NCBI RefSeq assembly: GCF_004353825.1
Contig: NZ_SMNA01000006.1
Coordinates: forward strand, 124,001 to 188,000
DNA: 64,000 nt
Source of the DNA: Occultella glacieicola
GTDB lineage: Bacteria > Actinomycetota > Actinomycetes > Actinomycetales > Beutenbergiaceae
Direction of reading: 5' to 3'
Shown: positions 27,973 through 38,016 of the stretch, piece after piece
How the letters are laid out: each line of letters opens with the position of its first letter
Position numbering within the stretch: position 1 is the first letter of the stretch
Program-made: the position numbers and the translations under genes
The notes under the pieces: model-generated
What the model was told of the DNA's origin: nothing
The model's input: the letters and a program-made list of their open reading frames with translations, nothing else
Database searches by the model: none

Positions 27973-28890
27973 TCAGTGGGCGCCGGTGTCGAGGATCACC
28001 GAGCGGGTCAGGTTGCGCGGTGTGTCCGGATCCAGGCCCCTCGCCTCGGCGCGGGCGACGGCGAGGCGGTGCAGCAGGACCAGGTGGGCGAGCGGGTCGA
28101 GATCACTGGTGACCAGGGTCGCGCCGGTGGCCGCGACGTCGTCGGCGAGACCCGCCGGGATCGGCCCGAACACCCAGACCAGCCGGCCGGGCTGGGCGAT
28201 CGAGATCGGTCCGTGCCGGTACTCCATGGCCGGGTAGGACTCGGTCCAGAACTGGCTCGACTCCCGCATCTTGAGGGCGGCCTCGTGGGCCAGGCCGATG
28301 GTCCAGCCGGTGCCGAGGAACGTGATCTGGTCGGCGTCGATCCAGGCTTGCGGGATCTCGGCGGCGAGTGCGGCCTCGGCGTCGGCGGGCACCGTCTCGA
28401 GGGTGTCAGCGCCCAGTGCGCTCGCGCGCAGCAGGAGCAGGGCGGTCGTGGCGAACCGGGTCTGTACCACCGACTCCTCGTCGGCGAATCCGAGCACGAT
28501 CTCGTGGTCGGCCACGGCAGCGGCGGGCCCGCCGGCCACGGCCGTGAGGAGTACCGACGGGCTGCTCGAGGCAGCGAGCACGTCGACGATCTCGGTGGTG
28601 GTGCCGGACCTGGAGATGGTCACGATCCGGTCGTAGGCCCGGCCGGCCGGGAACTCGGTCGCGGTGAAGGCGTCGGTGACCCCCTGTCCGGCCCGCTCCC
28701 GCAGCACGGCGTAGGACTGGGCCACGAACCACGAGGTGCCGCAACCGATCACGGCGACCCGCTCGCCGGCGCTCGGCAGGCCATCGAGCCCGTCGGCGGC
28801 GGCCCCGGTCCCGACGGCTGGCGGCAGGAGCCGCAGCGCCGCGCGCCAGACCTCGGGCTGCGAAGCGACCTCGTTCGCGGTGTGGTTCAT
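27973..28890 (-). CDS. SIS-domain sugar-phosphate isomerase/deaminase (AgaS-like)
   Basis: EVASQP, GCGTS, SRSGTTTE, EAALKMRE, EYRHGP, DPDTPRNLTRSV. Confidence 0.9.
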   Translation of the reverse strand: MNHTANEVASQPEVWRAALRLLPPAVGTGAAADGLDGLPSAGERVAVIGCGTSWFVAQSYAVLRERAGQGVTDAFTATEFPAGRAYDRIVTISRSGTTTEIVDVLAASSSPSVLLTAVAGGPAAAVADHEIVLGFADEESVVQTRFATTALLLLRASALGADTLETVPADAEAALAAEIPQAWIDADQITFLGTGWTIGLAHEAALKMRESSQFWTESYPAMEYRHGPISIAQPGRLVWVFGPIPAGLADDVAATGATLVTSDLDPLAHLVLLHRLAVARAEARGLDPDTPRNLTRSVILDTGAH

Positions 28891-29037
28891 TCCGGGGTCC
28901 TCTCGTTGGGTGGCGATGACGTATGGTGACGACTATAGGGGTGTTCCGCGCACGAATCATCACCGGGTGCCCGCTCGCGAGTGGAACGGTCGGCGCCGTC
29001 GGCGCGGCCGGGTGGTCAGCATCGACGGAGGTCTCGG

Positions 29038-29823
29038 ATGGAACGGCACGAGCGACTGGGTTCGCTGCTCGAACTCGTCGTGCGGCGCGAGCACGTGCGC
29101 ATCGAGGACGTCACCAAGGAACTCGGCGTCTCCCCCGCCACCGTGCGCCGCGACCTGGACACCCTCGCCCAGCAGCAGCTGATCACCCGCACCCGCGGCG
29201 GCGCCGCCGCCGGCCCGGGCTCCGGTGACCTGCCGCTGCGGTACCGGGCCGCCCGGCAGGGTGACCAGAAGGAACGTATCGCCCGGGCCGCGGCGGCTCT
29301 GGTCGGGCCCGGCGAGGTGGTCGGGCTGAACGGCGGCACCACCACCACGGAGGTGGCCCGGGAACTCGCGGTCCATCCCGGCCTACCCGGCGATGACCGC
29401 TCCAGACCCCTGGTGATCGTGACGAATGCCGTGAACATCGCGAACGAACTGGCTGTGCGGCCGCACCTGCGGGTGGTGGTCACCGGTGGTGTGGTCCGGC
29501 CACACAGCTACGAACTGACCGGTCCCCTCGCCAGCCCCCTGCTCGGGCAGGTGAGCCTGGACGTGCTCTTCCTCGGGGTGGATGCCTTCGATCCCGACGC
29601 CGGTGCGAGCGCCATGGACGAGGGCGAGGCGAGCACGAACGCCGCCCTCGCCGAGCGCGCGGCCCGGGTCGTGGTGGTGGCCGACTCCACCAAGCTCGGG
29701 CGCAGCGCGTTCGTGCGGATCCTGCCGACCTCCCGGGTGCACGCCCTGATCACGGACACCGGCGCGGACCCGAACCTGGTCGCGGCGTTCGACGTGGCGG
29801 GCGTCGAGGTCATCCGGGTCTGA
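29038..29823 (+). CDS. DeoR/GlpR family regulator (AgaR-like)
   Basis: VSPATVRRDL..RTRGGA, NGGTTT, ADSTKLG. Confidence 0.93.
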   Translation: MERHERLGSLLELVVRREHVRIEDVTKELGVSPATVRRDLDTLAQQQLITRTRGGAAAGPGSGDLPLRYRAARQGDQKERIARAAAALVGPGEVVGLNGGTTTTEVARELAVHPGLPGDDRSRPLVIVTNAVNIANELAVRPHLRVVVTGGVVRPHSYELTGPLASPLLGQVSLDVLFLGVDAFDPDAGASAMDEGEASTNAALAERAARVVVVADSTKLGRSAFVRILPTSRVHALITDTGADPNLVAAFDVAGVEVIRV

Positions 29824-29890
29824 CCGCCGTTCCCGGACCCCGCGCGGATAACCCCTTGGCCGAGGGGTTCCGACTCGGCAGGCTGGACCC

Positions 29891-30685
29891 ATGGCTTCCG
29901 GTACCGATCAGGCCCAGCGTTCCTTCGAGGATCTCCTCGCCGAGGGCGAGGCCGTCGACGTCTCCGGCTGGGACTTCTCCTGGTTCGCCGGGCGGGCCAC
30001 CGAGGAACGCCCGCCATGGGGGTACGCCCGGCTGGTCTCGCAGCGGATGGCCGGCGCCCGCGCCGGGCTGGACCTGCAGACCGGTGGCGGCGAGGTGCTC
30101 GCGACGATCGAGCGTCCGCCGCCGGTCCTGCGGGCCACGGAGTCGTGGCCGCCGAACCTGCCGCTCGCCCGCGCCGCGCTCGCTCCCCTCGGCGGGCAGG
30201 TTCTCGAAGCGCCCGACGCCGGCCCCCTTCCGTTCGCGGACGCCAGCTTCGACCTGGTCACAGCTCGGCTGCCCGTGGTCACGCCGTGGCCCGAGATCGG
30301 ACGGGTTCTTGCCCCGGGCGGCACGTTCCTGGCTCAGGAGGTCGGGCCGGGCTCGAACATCGAGCTGTCCCGGGCGATGCTCGGGGGTCATCTGAAGCCG
30401 GGTGGTCGTTTCCCCGCCGACGCGGTCGCGGCCGCCGAGGCGGCCGGGCTGGAGGTCGTGGACCTGCGCGAGGCGCGACTGGTCATGGAGTTCTTCGACG
30501 TGGCCGCGGTCGTGGTGTTCCTGCGGAAGGTCGTGTGGACCGTGCCCGACTTCAACGTGGCGCGATTCCGGCCTCAGTTGCGCGCCGTCCACGACGGCAT
30601 CCGGGCCACCGGCTCGTTCGTCTGCCACCCGACCCGGTTCCTGATCGAGGCACGTCGACCCGAACGGACCGGGGACGGGACCTGA
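29891..30685 (+). CDS. Class I SAM-dependent methyltransferase
   Basis: GWDFSW, LDLQTGGGE, LPFADASFDLV, RVLAPGG. Confidence 0.88.
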   Translation: MASGTDQAQRSFEDLLAEGEAVDVSGWDFSWFAGRATEERPPWGYARLVSQRMAGARAGLDLQTGGGEVLATIERPPPVLRATESWPPNLPLARAALAPLGGQVLEAPDAGPLPFADASFDLVTARLPVVTPWPEIGRVLAPGGTFLAQEVGPGSNIELSRAMLGGHLKPGGRFPADAVAAAEAAGLEVVDLREARLVMEFFDVAAVVVFLRKVVWTVPDFNVARFRPQLRAVHDGIRATGSFVCHPTRFLIEARRPERTGDGT

Positions 30686-30745
30686 CCCAGCCTGTCGGTG
30701 CCGGTTCCGCGCCGGCTTGAGAGTGTTCCGGTCCGCCGACCCCGA

Positions 30746-33700
30746 CTAGGCGACCACCATGACGAGGTCCCCGCCGTCCACCTGCCGGGCCGTGGGACTC
30801 GGCACCCGCTGCACCGTCCCGGCGACCGGTGTCGTGATCGCGGCCTCCATCTTCATCGCCTCGATGGTCGCGACGGTCTGGCCAGCCGCCACGGCGTCGC
30901 CCTCGGACACCACCGGCGTGACCGACCCGGCGAACGGGGCCGCCACCTGACCCGGGACGCTCGGATCCGCCCTCTCGGCCGCGACCGCGGTGACCTCGGC
31001 GGAGAGGTCACGCACCTGGACCGGCCGCAGGTGGTTGTTCAGGGTGGTCATCACGGTCCTGATGCCCCGCTCATCCGGTTCGGAGACGGCCTCAAGCCCC
31101 ACGAGCAGCCGTACGCCACGCTCCATCGTGACCTCGACCTCGCTCGCGGCGTCGAGACCGTACAGGTAGTCGGAGGTACGGATCACGGAGATGTCGCCGT
31201 ACTCGGACCGGCTGGCGGCGAAGTCCTTGGCCGGTCCCGGGAACAGCAGTTCGCTCAGCCGCGTCCGTCGCCGCGTGGAATCGGCGGCGAGCTCGGTCCG
31301 GTCCGCCTCGGTCAACGGCACCGGCTGGCGCTTGGGTCCGCGCCCGGCGAGCGCCTTGGTCCGGAACGGCTCGGGCCAGCCGCCCGGCGGGTCGCCCAGC
31401 TCCCCGTGCAGGAACGCGACCACGGAGTCCGGCAGGTCGAACCGACCGGGCTCGGCCTCGAAGGCCCCCGGGTCCGCGCCGGTCGCGACCAGCTGCAGGG
31501 CGAGGTCGCCGACCACCTTCGACGACGGGGTGACCTTCACCAGGTGCCCGAGGATCCGGTCCGCGGCCGCATACATCGCCTCGATCTGCTCGAACCGGTC
31601 TCCCAAGCCCAGCGCGATCGCCTGCTGACGCAGGTTGGACAACTGCCCACCGGGGATCTCGTGCTCGTAGACACGACCGGTGGGCGCCCGCAGCCCCGAC
31701 TCGAACGGTGCATAGAGCGCGCGCACGGCCTCCCAGTACGGCTCCAGGTCGGTGACCGCGCGCAGGTCGAGCTCGGGCGCCCGTTCGGTGTGCTCGAGCG
31801 CGGCCACGAGCGCCGACGCCGGCACCTGACTGGTGGTACCGGCCATCGGTGCGCTGGCCACGTCGACCGCGTCCACGCCGGCCGCGATCGCGGCCATCAG
31901 GGTCGCGAGCTGGCCGCCCGCGGTGTCGTGGGTGTGCAGGTGCACGGGTAGGTCGAACCGCTCACGGAGGGCCCGCACCAGCGTGGCCGCGGCGGCCGGC
32001 CGGAGCAGACCGGCCATGTCCTTGATCGCGAGCACGTGCGCACCGGCCCCGACGATCCGTTCGGCCAGGCGCAGGTAGTAGTCCAGCGTGTACAGCCGTT
32101 CACCGGGGTCGCTGAGGTTGCCCGTGTAGCACAGGGCCACCTCGGCCAGCGCCGGCGTCTCGCGCACCGCCGCGATCGCGGGGGTCATCTGGGCGACGTC
32201 GTTGAGGGCGTCGAAGATCCGGAAGATCGAGATGCCGGTCTCCGCCGCCTCCCGCACGAACGCGTCGGTGACCTCGGTCGGGTACGGGGTGTAGCCGACG
32301 GTGTTGCGTCCGCGCAGCAACATCTGCAGGTTGATGTTCGGCGCGGCCTCGCTCAGTGCCGCGAGCCGCTCCCAGGGGTCCTCGCCGAGGAACCGCAGCG
32401 CGACGTCGTAGGTGGCCCCGCCCCAGGCCTCGATCGAGAGCAGACCGGGCGTCGTCCGGGCCACGTGCGGCGCGACCGCGACCAGGTCGGTGGTGCGCAC
32501 CCGGGTCGCCAGCAGCGACTGGTGCGCGTCCCGGAACGTGGTGTCGGTGACCGCGACCGCCGTCTGCTCCCGGAGGGCTCGCGCGAAGGCGTCCGGTCCC
32601 AGCTCGGCCAGTCGCGCACGAGAGCCCGACGGCGGTGCCTCGCCGAGGTCGGTGCCGGGCAGTTTTGCGGCCGGTTCGAGCAGGGCGTCCGGCCGGGTGC
32701 CGTAGGGCTGGTTCACCGTGACGTGGGCCAGGAACGTGAGCAGCTTGGAACCGCGGTCACCACTCACCCGTGGGGTCAGCAGCCCGGGCCGCTCAGCGAT
32801 GAACGAGGTGTCCACCCGGCCCTCGATGAAGTCCGGGTCGTTCAGGACCGCCTGCAGGAACGGGATGTTCGTCCGGACGCCACGGATGCGGAACTCCGCC
32901 AGCGCCCGACGTGCCCGTCGGGTCGCGACCGCGAAGCTCGAGCCGCGGCAGGTCAGCTTCACCAACATCGAGTCGAAGTGGCCGGTGATCTCGGCGCCCG
33001 CGTGCGCCGTGGCCCCGTCCAGCCGGACCCCGGCCCCGCCGGGCGACCGATAGGCGGTCATCCGGCCGGTGTCCGGGCGGAACCCATCGGCCGGATCCTC
33101 GGTGGTGATACGGCACTGCAGCGCGAACCCGTTGACCCGCACCCCCTCCTGGGTGATGCCGAGGTCGGCGAGACTGTCCCCGGCGGCGATCCGCATCTGA
33201 GCGGACACCAGGTCGATGTCCGTGACCTCCTCGGTCACGGTGTGCTCGACCTGGATCCGTGGGTTCATCTCGATGAAGACGTGCTCGCCGGCCCGCTCCC
33301 CCTCGGTGTCCAGGAGGAACTCGACGGTACCGGCATTGACGTACCCGATCGCCTTCGCGAACGCCACGGCGTCCGCGCAGAGTCGCTCACGGGTCGCAGG
33401 ATCGAGATTCGGGGCAGGTGCCATCTCGATGACCTTCTGGTGGCGGCGTTGGACCGAGCAGTCCCGCTCGAACAGGTGCACCACCTCCCCGGTGCTGTCC
33501 GCGAGGATCTGTACCTCGATGTGCCGAGGACGCAGGACCGCGCGCTCGAGGAAGACCGTGGGGTCGCCGAAGGCGGCGTCCGCCTCCCGCATCGCGGCGG
33601 CGAGGGCATCCGGCAGGTCCGCGGGCGCCTCCACCCTGCGCATGCCCCGGCCGCCACCGCCCGCGACCGCCTTCACGAACACCGGGAACCCGATCTCGTC

Positions 33701-34144
33701 CGCGGCGGCGAGCAATGCGTCGGGATCCCCCGAGGGCTCACTCGACGGCAGCACCGGGATACCCGCCGCGCGCGCCGCATGCAGCGCCGTCACCTTGTTC
33801 CCGGCCATCTCGAGAACGTCGGCGGGCGGCCCGACGAAACTGATCCCGGCGGCCGCTGCGGCGCGCGCCAGCTCGGGATTCTCGGAGAGGAAGCCGTACC
33901 CGGGGTAGATGGCGTCCGCCTTCGACTCCTTCGCGACCCGGAGGATCTCGTCGATGTCCAGGTAGGCCCGGACCGGGTGGTCCTGCTCACCGATCAGGTA
34001 CGCCTCGTCCGCCTTCAGCCGGTGCTCTGAGGCCCGGTCCTCGTAGGGGAAGACCGCCACGGTGCGGGCGCCGAGTTCATAGGCGGCGCGGAAGGCGCGG
34101 ACGGCGATCTCGGCGCGGTTGGCCACGAGGACGGTCGAGAACAT
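30746..34144 (-). CDS. pyc: Pyruvate carboxylase
   Basis: Biotin carboxylase domain (YPGYGFLSEN, EMNPRIQVEH), carboxyltransferase domain (RDAHQSL, WGGATYD, IKDMAG), biotin site EAMKME. Confidence 0.97.
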   Translation of the reverse strand: MFSTVLVANRAEIAVRAFRAAYELGARTVAVFPYEDRASEHRLKADEAYLIGEQDHPVRAYLDIDEILRVAKESKADAIYPGYGFLSENPELARAAAAAGISFVGPPADVLEMAGNKVTALHAARAAGIPVLPSSEPSGDPDALLAAADEIGFPVFVKAVAGGGGRGMRRVEAPADLPDALAAAMREADAAFGDPTVFLERAVLRPRHIEVQILADSTGEVVHLFERDCSVQRRHQKVIEMAPAPNLDPATRERLCADAVAFAKAIGYVNAGTVEFLLDTEGERAGEHVFIEMNPRIQVEHTVTEEVTDIDLVSAQMRIAAGDSLADLGITQEGVRVNGFALQCRITTEDPADGFRPDTGRMTAYRSPGGAGVRLDGATAHAGAEITGHFDSMLVKLTCRGSSFAVATRRARRALAEFRIRGVRTNIPFLQAVLNDPDFIEGRVDTSFIAERPGLLTPRVSGDRGSKLLTFLAHVTVNQPYGTRPDALLEPAAKLPGTDLGEAPPSGSRARLAELGPDAFARALREQTAVAVTDTTFRDAHQSLLATRVRTTDLVAVAPHVARTTPGLLSIEAWGGATYDVALRFLGEDPWERLAALSEAAPNINLQMLLRGRNTVGYTPYPTEVTDAFVREAAETGISIFRIFDALNDVAQMTPAIAAVRETPALAEVALCYTGNLSDPGERLYTLDYYLRLAERIVGAGAHVLAIKDMAGLLRPAAAATLVRALRERFDLPVHLHTHDTAGGQLATLMAAIAAGVDAVDVASAPMAGTTSQVPASALVAALEHTERAPELDLRAVTDLEPYWEAVRALYAPFESGLRAPTGRVYEHEIPGGQLSNLRQQAIALGLGDRFEQIEAMYAAADRILGHLVKVTPSSKVVGDLALQLVATGADPGAFEAEPGRFDLPDSVVAFLHGELGDPPGGWPEPFRTKALAGRGPKRQPVPLTEADRTELAADSTRRRTRLSELLFPGPAKDFAASRSEYGDISVIRTSDYLYGLDAASEVEVTMERGVRLLVGLEAVSEPDERGIRTVMTTLNNHLRPVQVRDLSAEVTAVAAERADPSVPGQVAAPFAGSVTPVVSEGDAVAAGQTVATIEAMKMEAAITTPVAGTVQRVPSPTARQVDGGDLVMVVA

Positions 34145-34262
34145 GCAGGCTCCCAGGGGTGTGCGGGGGTGTGCGCGAACAGCACGCTACCGTGCGCGGC
34201 CGACCTGGCCGGACGGCGTCCACGACGCGGCGCGCGCACGTGGAACCCCTCCCTCACCCTCG

Positions 34263-34314
34263 GGTCCGGGCCCGATCATGCACGTCGTCGCGGGGCCGCG
34301 TGAGGGCCCGGACC
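34263..34314 (-). terminator. Possible hairpin/terminator downstream of the MerR gene
   Basis: 11-bp perfect inverted repeat GGTCCGGGCCC...GGGCCCGGACC with a 30-nt loop; no U-tract. Confidence 0.3.
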
Positions 34315-34334
34315 GGATGGGAGCGCGACGGTCC

Positions 34335-34952
34335 TCAGGCGCCCTTGCGCGCGGCGCGGCGGCGGGCCAGCTCGTCGTCCTTCGTGACGACCGGGCCGTC
34401 CTCCTCGGCGCGCTCGGTCGGGAACTCGGCGAGGCTGCCCTCGACCTCACGCCAGACCCGCCCGACGGCGATGCCGAAGACACCCTGCCCGCCCTGAACG
34501 AGGTCGAACACCTCGTCGGCAGACGTGCACTCGTAGACGCTGGCGCCGTCGCTCATCAGTGTGATCTGGGCCAGGTCGTCGACGCCCCGCTCACGCAGGT
34601 GGTCGACGGCGGTGCGGATCTGCTGGAGCGAGACGCCGGTGTCGAGCAGCCGTTTCACGACCTTGAGGACGAGCACGTCCCGGAAGCTGTAGAGGCGCTG
34701 AGTGCCGGAGCCGGTGGCGGGGCGGATGCTCGGCTCGACGAGGCCGGTCCGGGCCCAGTAGTCGAGCTGCCGGTAGGTGATGCCGGCCGCCCGGCAGGCC
34801 GTCGGCCCGCGGTAACCGGTCGCGGTGTCCAGATCCGGGAGCGTGTCACCGAACAACATGCCCTGGGCTCGCTGCGGGGTCGAGCCGGGCGCGTCTGCTG
34901 TCGCATCGATGCCGCTCACGCCTACTCCATTCATCGCACTGACCATCACCAC
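34335..34952 (-). CDS. MerR family regulator (Rv1830/McdR-like)
   Basis: GYRGPTAC.AAGITYRQLDYWART..GSGTQRLYSFRD..GGQGVFGIAV; start uncertain. Confidence 0.93.
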   Translation of the reverse strand: MVMVSAMNGVGVSGIDATADAPGSTPQRAQGMLFGDTLPDLDTATGYRGPTACRAAGITYRQLDYWARTGLVEPSIRPATGSGTQRLYSFRDVLVLKVVKRLLDTGVSLQQIRTAVDHLRERGVDDLAQITLMSDGASVYECTSADEVFDLVQGGQGVFGIAVGRVWREVEGSLAEFPTERAEEDGPVVTKDDELARRRAARKGA

Positions 34953-35078
34953 TCTATCGCGTGGTGTGCCACGGGCTCCGTCGGCGCCCGTTCTGGTCCC
35001 AAACTAGGCCCACCGAGGGCTCGGATCAACGACGCCGGGCCGGAACGGTGCTCGGCGTGTCGGCACCGGTGAGTCTTA

Positions 35079-35099
35079 CTCTCAACCTGAAGTTGAAGG
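35079..35099. promoter_or_regulatory. FtsR-like (MerR) operator
   Basis: CTCTCAACCTGAAGTTGAAGG, an imperfect palindrome aligned with the site at 37204. Confidence 0.6.
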
Positions 35100-35182
35100 T
35101 TCCGCGGAATCCCGCCGTTCGGTGGTCCACGGGTGCCCGGAAACCTTCGGATGCGCCGGCAGAAACACCGACACGCCCGGGC

Positions 35183-35713
35183 TCACGCACCGGAGTCGTC
35201 GAAGTCCTCCGGAGCCACCGAATCCAGGAACTCCCGGAACTCGGCGACCTCCTCGTCCGCCTCCTGACCGTGCATGGGCGCGCCCAGGTGGACGTGCTCG
35301 TGGTCGTCCTCGTCCACGTCCAGGACCACGGCGGCGACGTCCAGGACGGCCTCCGCGCACCAGACCTCCACATGCGCGCGCAGCGCGAGCGCGATCGCGT
35401 CCGACGCCCGTGAGTCCACTCGTCGCCCGTTCGTGAGCACGAGTTCGGCGATGAAGGTTCCGTCCCGGACCTCGATGATGTTCACCCGGTCGAGGCCGAC
35501 CTCCGACGCCTCGAGGACGCTGAGCAGCAGGTCGTGCGGTCCCGGCCGGGGCGACTGCATGCCGGCCTGTGCCGTTGCGATGGCCACGCCCTCGTGCGGA
35601 CCGATCACGATCGGCAGGGACAGCGGCCCCTCCGCCTCGGACAACACGACCAGAACGTCATGCTCGGGCGCGTGGACCCGAACACGGACCCCGAGGACTC
35701 CCATCTTTCGCAC
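35183..35713 (-). CDS. Bifunctional nuclease family protein (DUF151, Rv1829-like)
   Basis: LPIVIG..E..AIA..RP..HDL..DSRASDAIALALR. Confidence 0.92.
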   Translation of the reverse strand: MRKMGVLGVRVRVHAPEHDVLVVLSEAEGPLSLPIVIGPHEGVAIATAQAGMQSPRPGPHDLLLSVLEASEVGLDRVNIIEVRDGTFIAELVLTNGRRVDSRASDAIALALRAHVEVWCAEAVLDVAAVVLDVDEDDHEHVHLGAPMHGQEADEEVAEFREFLDSVAPEDFDDSGA

Positions 35714-35800
35714 GCCTACACGCTACGCCGCGCGGCGGGCCAGTGCGCGCAATCAGCGTGAGTGATTTTTCACGGACCCCCGTGCGCGGGCCCGACGGCG

Positions 35801-36565
35801 TTACTGGAGCCGGTCGATCCCGGCGCGGATGAGCGCGGTGTGCAGCGCGTTGAACGTTTCGGCGAGGTCGGAGGCCAGGGTGTGCGCCTTCGCCCGGGAG
35901 GCGCCCGACGACGGACCGCTGCGCACCGAGCGCACCGGTGCCACCAGCTGGTCGATCAGGTCGAGCTCGCGCTCGGCGGCCGTGCGCACCGAGCGCAGAT
36001 GCCGCGGCTCGATGCCGTGCTCGGCGAGCTGCCCGGCGAGCCGGACGATCTCGACGGCGCCGGCCGGGTACTTCGAACCGGCGTCCGGCGTGATCAGCCC
36101 GGCCCCGGCCAGCACCTCCACCTCCTCGGAGGTGCACCCCGCGGCCTCCGCGAGCTGGCTGCCGGTCATCCGGCTGCGGCCCTGGGTGGCGACGAGTTCG
36201 CCGTCCTCGGTGACCACCCGGGCACCGGGAGCAGGCGCGTCAGCCGATCCGGCACCGGCATCGAGTTCCTCGAGCCGTTCCCGGATGACCTTCAGGGGCA
36301 GGAACGAGTCCCGCTGCGCCGTGAGCGCGAACCGGAGCCGTTCGACGTCCGCCTGGCTGTACGTCCGGTAGCCGGCCGGCGTCCGGTGCGGTGTCACCAG
36401 CCCCTGGTCCTCCAGGAACCGGATCTTCGACACACTGACAGCCGGGAACTCGCGCTGCAGGATCGACAGGGCCGCCCCGATGTTCATCGTCGGAGTCCGG
36501 GACACACCGGCCGGCCAGCGCTCGGGCTCGTCGGACGGCCGGGCCGACGCCGAGGACGTGCTCAC
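35801..36565 (-). CDS. ftsR: MerR family regulator FtsR (Rv1828-like)
   Basis: EFPAVSVSKIRFLEDQGL..RTPAGYR..LPLKVIRE..GIEPRHLR; conserved synteny. Confidence 0.88.
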   Translation of the reverse strand: MSTSSASARPSDEPERWPAGVSRTPTMNIGAALSILQREFPAVSVSKIRFLEDQGLVTPHRTPAGYRTYSQADVERLRFALTAQRDSFLPLKVIRERLEELDAGAGSADAPAPGARVVTEDGELVATQGRSRMTGSQLAEAAGCTSEEVEVLAGAGLITPDAGSKYPAGAVEIVRLAGQLAEHGIEPRHLRSVRTAAERELDLIDQLVAPVRSVRSGPSSGASRAKAHTLASDLAETFNALHTALIRAGIDRLQ

Positions 36566-37182
36566 TGCGCCGGCGCGCCCGAACCCGGCTCGCCGTCGGC
36601 CGGTGCCGCACCACCGCCGCCGGTGCCGGGTGCGTCCGCTGCGTCGTCGGTGGGGTGGGTGCGACGTGGGCTCGGGTGGAACGTGAGCCGGTACTTCCCG
36701 ATCTGAACCTCGTCGCCGGCCTGCAACTCGCTCTGGTCGATCCGGGTGCGATTGACGTACGTGCCGTTCAGGCTGCCGACGTCACGGACCGCATAGCCAC
36801 CGTCGGTGGCGAGGAACTCGGCGTGACGCCGGGAGACGGTCACGTCGTCGAGGAAGATGTCCGCGGCGGTGTCCCGGCCGGCGCTGACCCGGTCGTCGTC
36901 GAGGAGGAACCGGGCCCCGGCGTTCGGACCGTGCTGGACGATCAGCAACGCCGACCTCGGCGGCAGCGCCTCGACGGCCTCCCGGTCACTGGCGTCGATC
37001 GCCCCGGGCGCGAACTCCTCGTAGTCCGACGGGACGACCCGACCCAGGGCTGCCGTGGTGTGGACCGGCGGCGGACCGGACTCGTTGCCCGCGCTCTCGT
37101 TCTCGGGTGCCATTGGTGCAGTGCCTCCCTGGCCGGCTTGCTCTGAGTGACTCGTAGCCGCTGGCGACTCGGTCTCGTGCAT
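36562..37182 (-). CDS. garA: FHA-domain protein GarA/OdhI
   Basis: GPNAGARFLLD..AGR..DIFLDDVTVSRRHA..SLNGTYVN..GDEVQIGK. Confidence 0.9.
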   Translation of the reverse strand: MHETESPAATSHSEQAGQGGTAPMAPENESAGNESGPPPVHTTAALGRVVPSDYEEFAPGAIDASDREAVEALPPRSALLIVQHGPNAGARFLLDDDRVSAGRDTAADIFLDDVTVSRRHAEFLATDGGYAVRDVGSLNGTYVNRTRIDQSELQAGDEVQIGKYRLTFHPSPRRTHPTDDAADAPGTGGGGAAPADGEPGSGAPAQ

Positions 37183-37203
37183 GGTGCTAGGCCGTCAACA
37201 TTA

Positions 37204-37224
37204 CCCTCAACCTTAGGTCGAGGG
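37204..37224. promoter_or_regulatory. FtsR-like (MerR) operator upstream of garA-ftsR
   Basis: CCCTCAACCT-T-AGGTCGAGGG near-perfect palindrome. Confidence 0.65.
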
Positions 37225-37266
37225 AGCCCCGGTGCACAGGGGTTCCGCGGCGAAGGGACCGGCCGG

Positions 37267-38013
37267 TCAGTCCTCGTCGTCGACGGGCACCGCGTACTCG
37301 GGCTCCTCGACCTGGACGACGGCGGTGATCTGGACGAGGTCGCGTTCGACCATCGTGGCGCTCGCTCCGGCGTTGCGGAACCCGGCGAGCGCGCCGCCCG
37401 GGATGTCGAGCGCCACGGAGAGGGTCTGCGGATTACCGATGGCACGCCATTCGTAGGGCGAGGTCAGGGTCTCGCCGTTGGCCATGACCCCGTCGGGGCC
37501 GTCGGTGAACGAGGCCGTCGCCGTCAGCCGCACGCCGGACACCTCCACGGACTCGGCGCCGGCGTTACGGAGCTCCTCGAGCATGTGGACCATCGTCTGC
37601 GCCGAAACCTCGCCATCCGGGTCATCGACCTCGACCACCACGCCGGGCCCCTCGACCGGCACGGTGCCGGCGAGGATCTCCTGCAGGGTCAGGTAGTCCT
37701 CGGCGAACTGCCGGGCGTTGGAGCCCGACTGGAGTGACGACCGTTGCGCGCGCAGCTCGTCCCCCTCGGCGGCGAGTTCCTCGTTGCGCTGGGTGACCTC
37801 GTCGAGGAGCCGGACCAGATCGTCCTGTCGCAGCGAACTGAACTCGTCGCCCTGGGTCTGGCGGACCTGGGCGACGATCGCGATCCCGAGCAGCACGCAC
37901 ATCACGCCGATCAGGATCCGAGCGCGCAGGCTCTCCCCGCGCCCGTCCGGGACCGAACGCGGCCGGTCGTTCTCCGGCTTGCCCTGGTCGTGCGACACCT
38001 CGTCGTTCGACAT
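37267..38013 (-). CDS. DUF881 domain protein
   Basis: One TM helix plus coiled coil; LAGTVPVEGPGV, ELRNAGAE, AIGNP. Confidence 0.9.
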   Translation of the reverse strand: MSNDEVSHDQGKPENDRPRSVPDGRGESLRARILIGVMCVLLGIAIVAQVRQTQGDEFSSLRQDDLVRLLDEVTQRNEELAAEGDELRAQRSSLQSGSNARQFAEDYLTLQEILAGTVPVEGPGVVVEVDDPDGEVSAQTMVHMLEELRNAGAESVEVSGVRLTATASFTDGPDGVMANGETLTSPYEWRAIGNPQTLSVALDIPGGALAGFRNAGASATMVERDLVQITAVVQVEEPEYAVPVDDED

Positions 38014-38016
38014 CGG

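Noticed and set aside
35751..35767. AATCA-N7-TGATT palindrome as an McdR site
   Set aside because: Spacing and inner bases do not fit AATnACA-N4-TGTnATT; arms are too short to call
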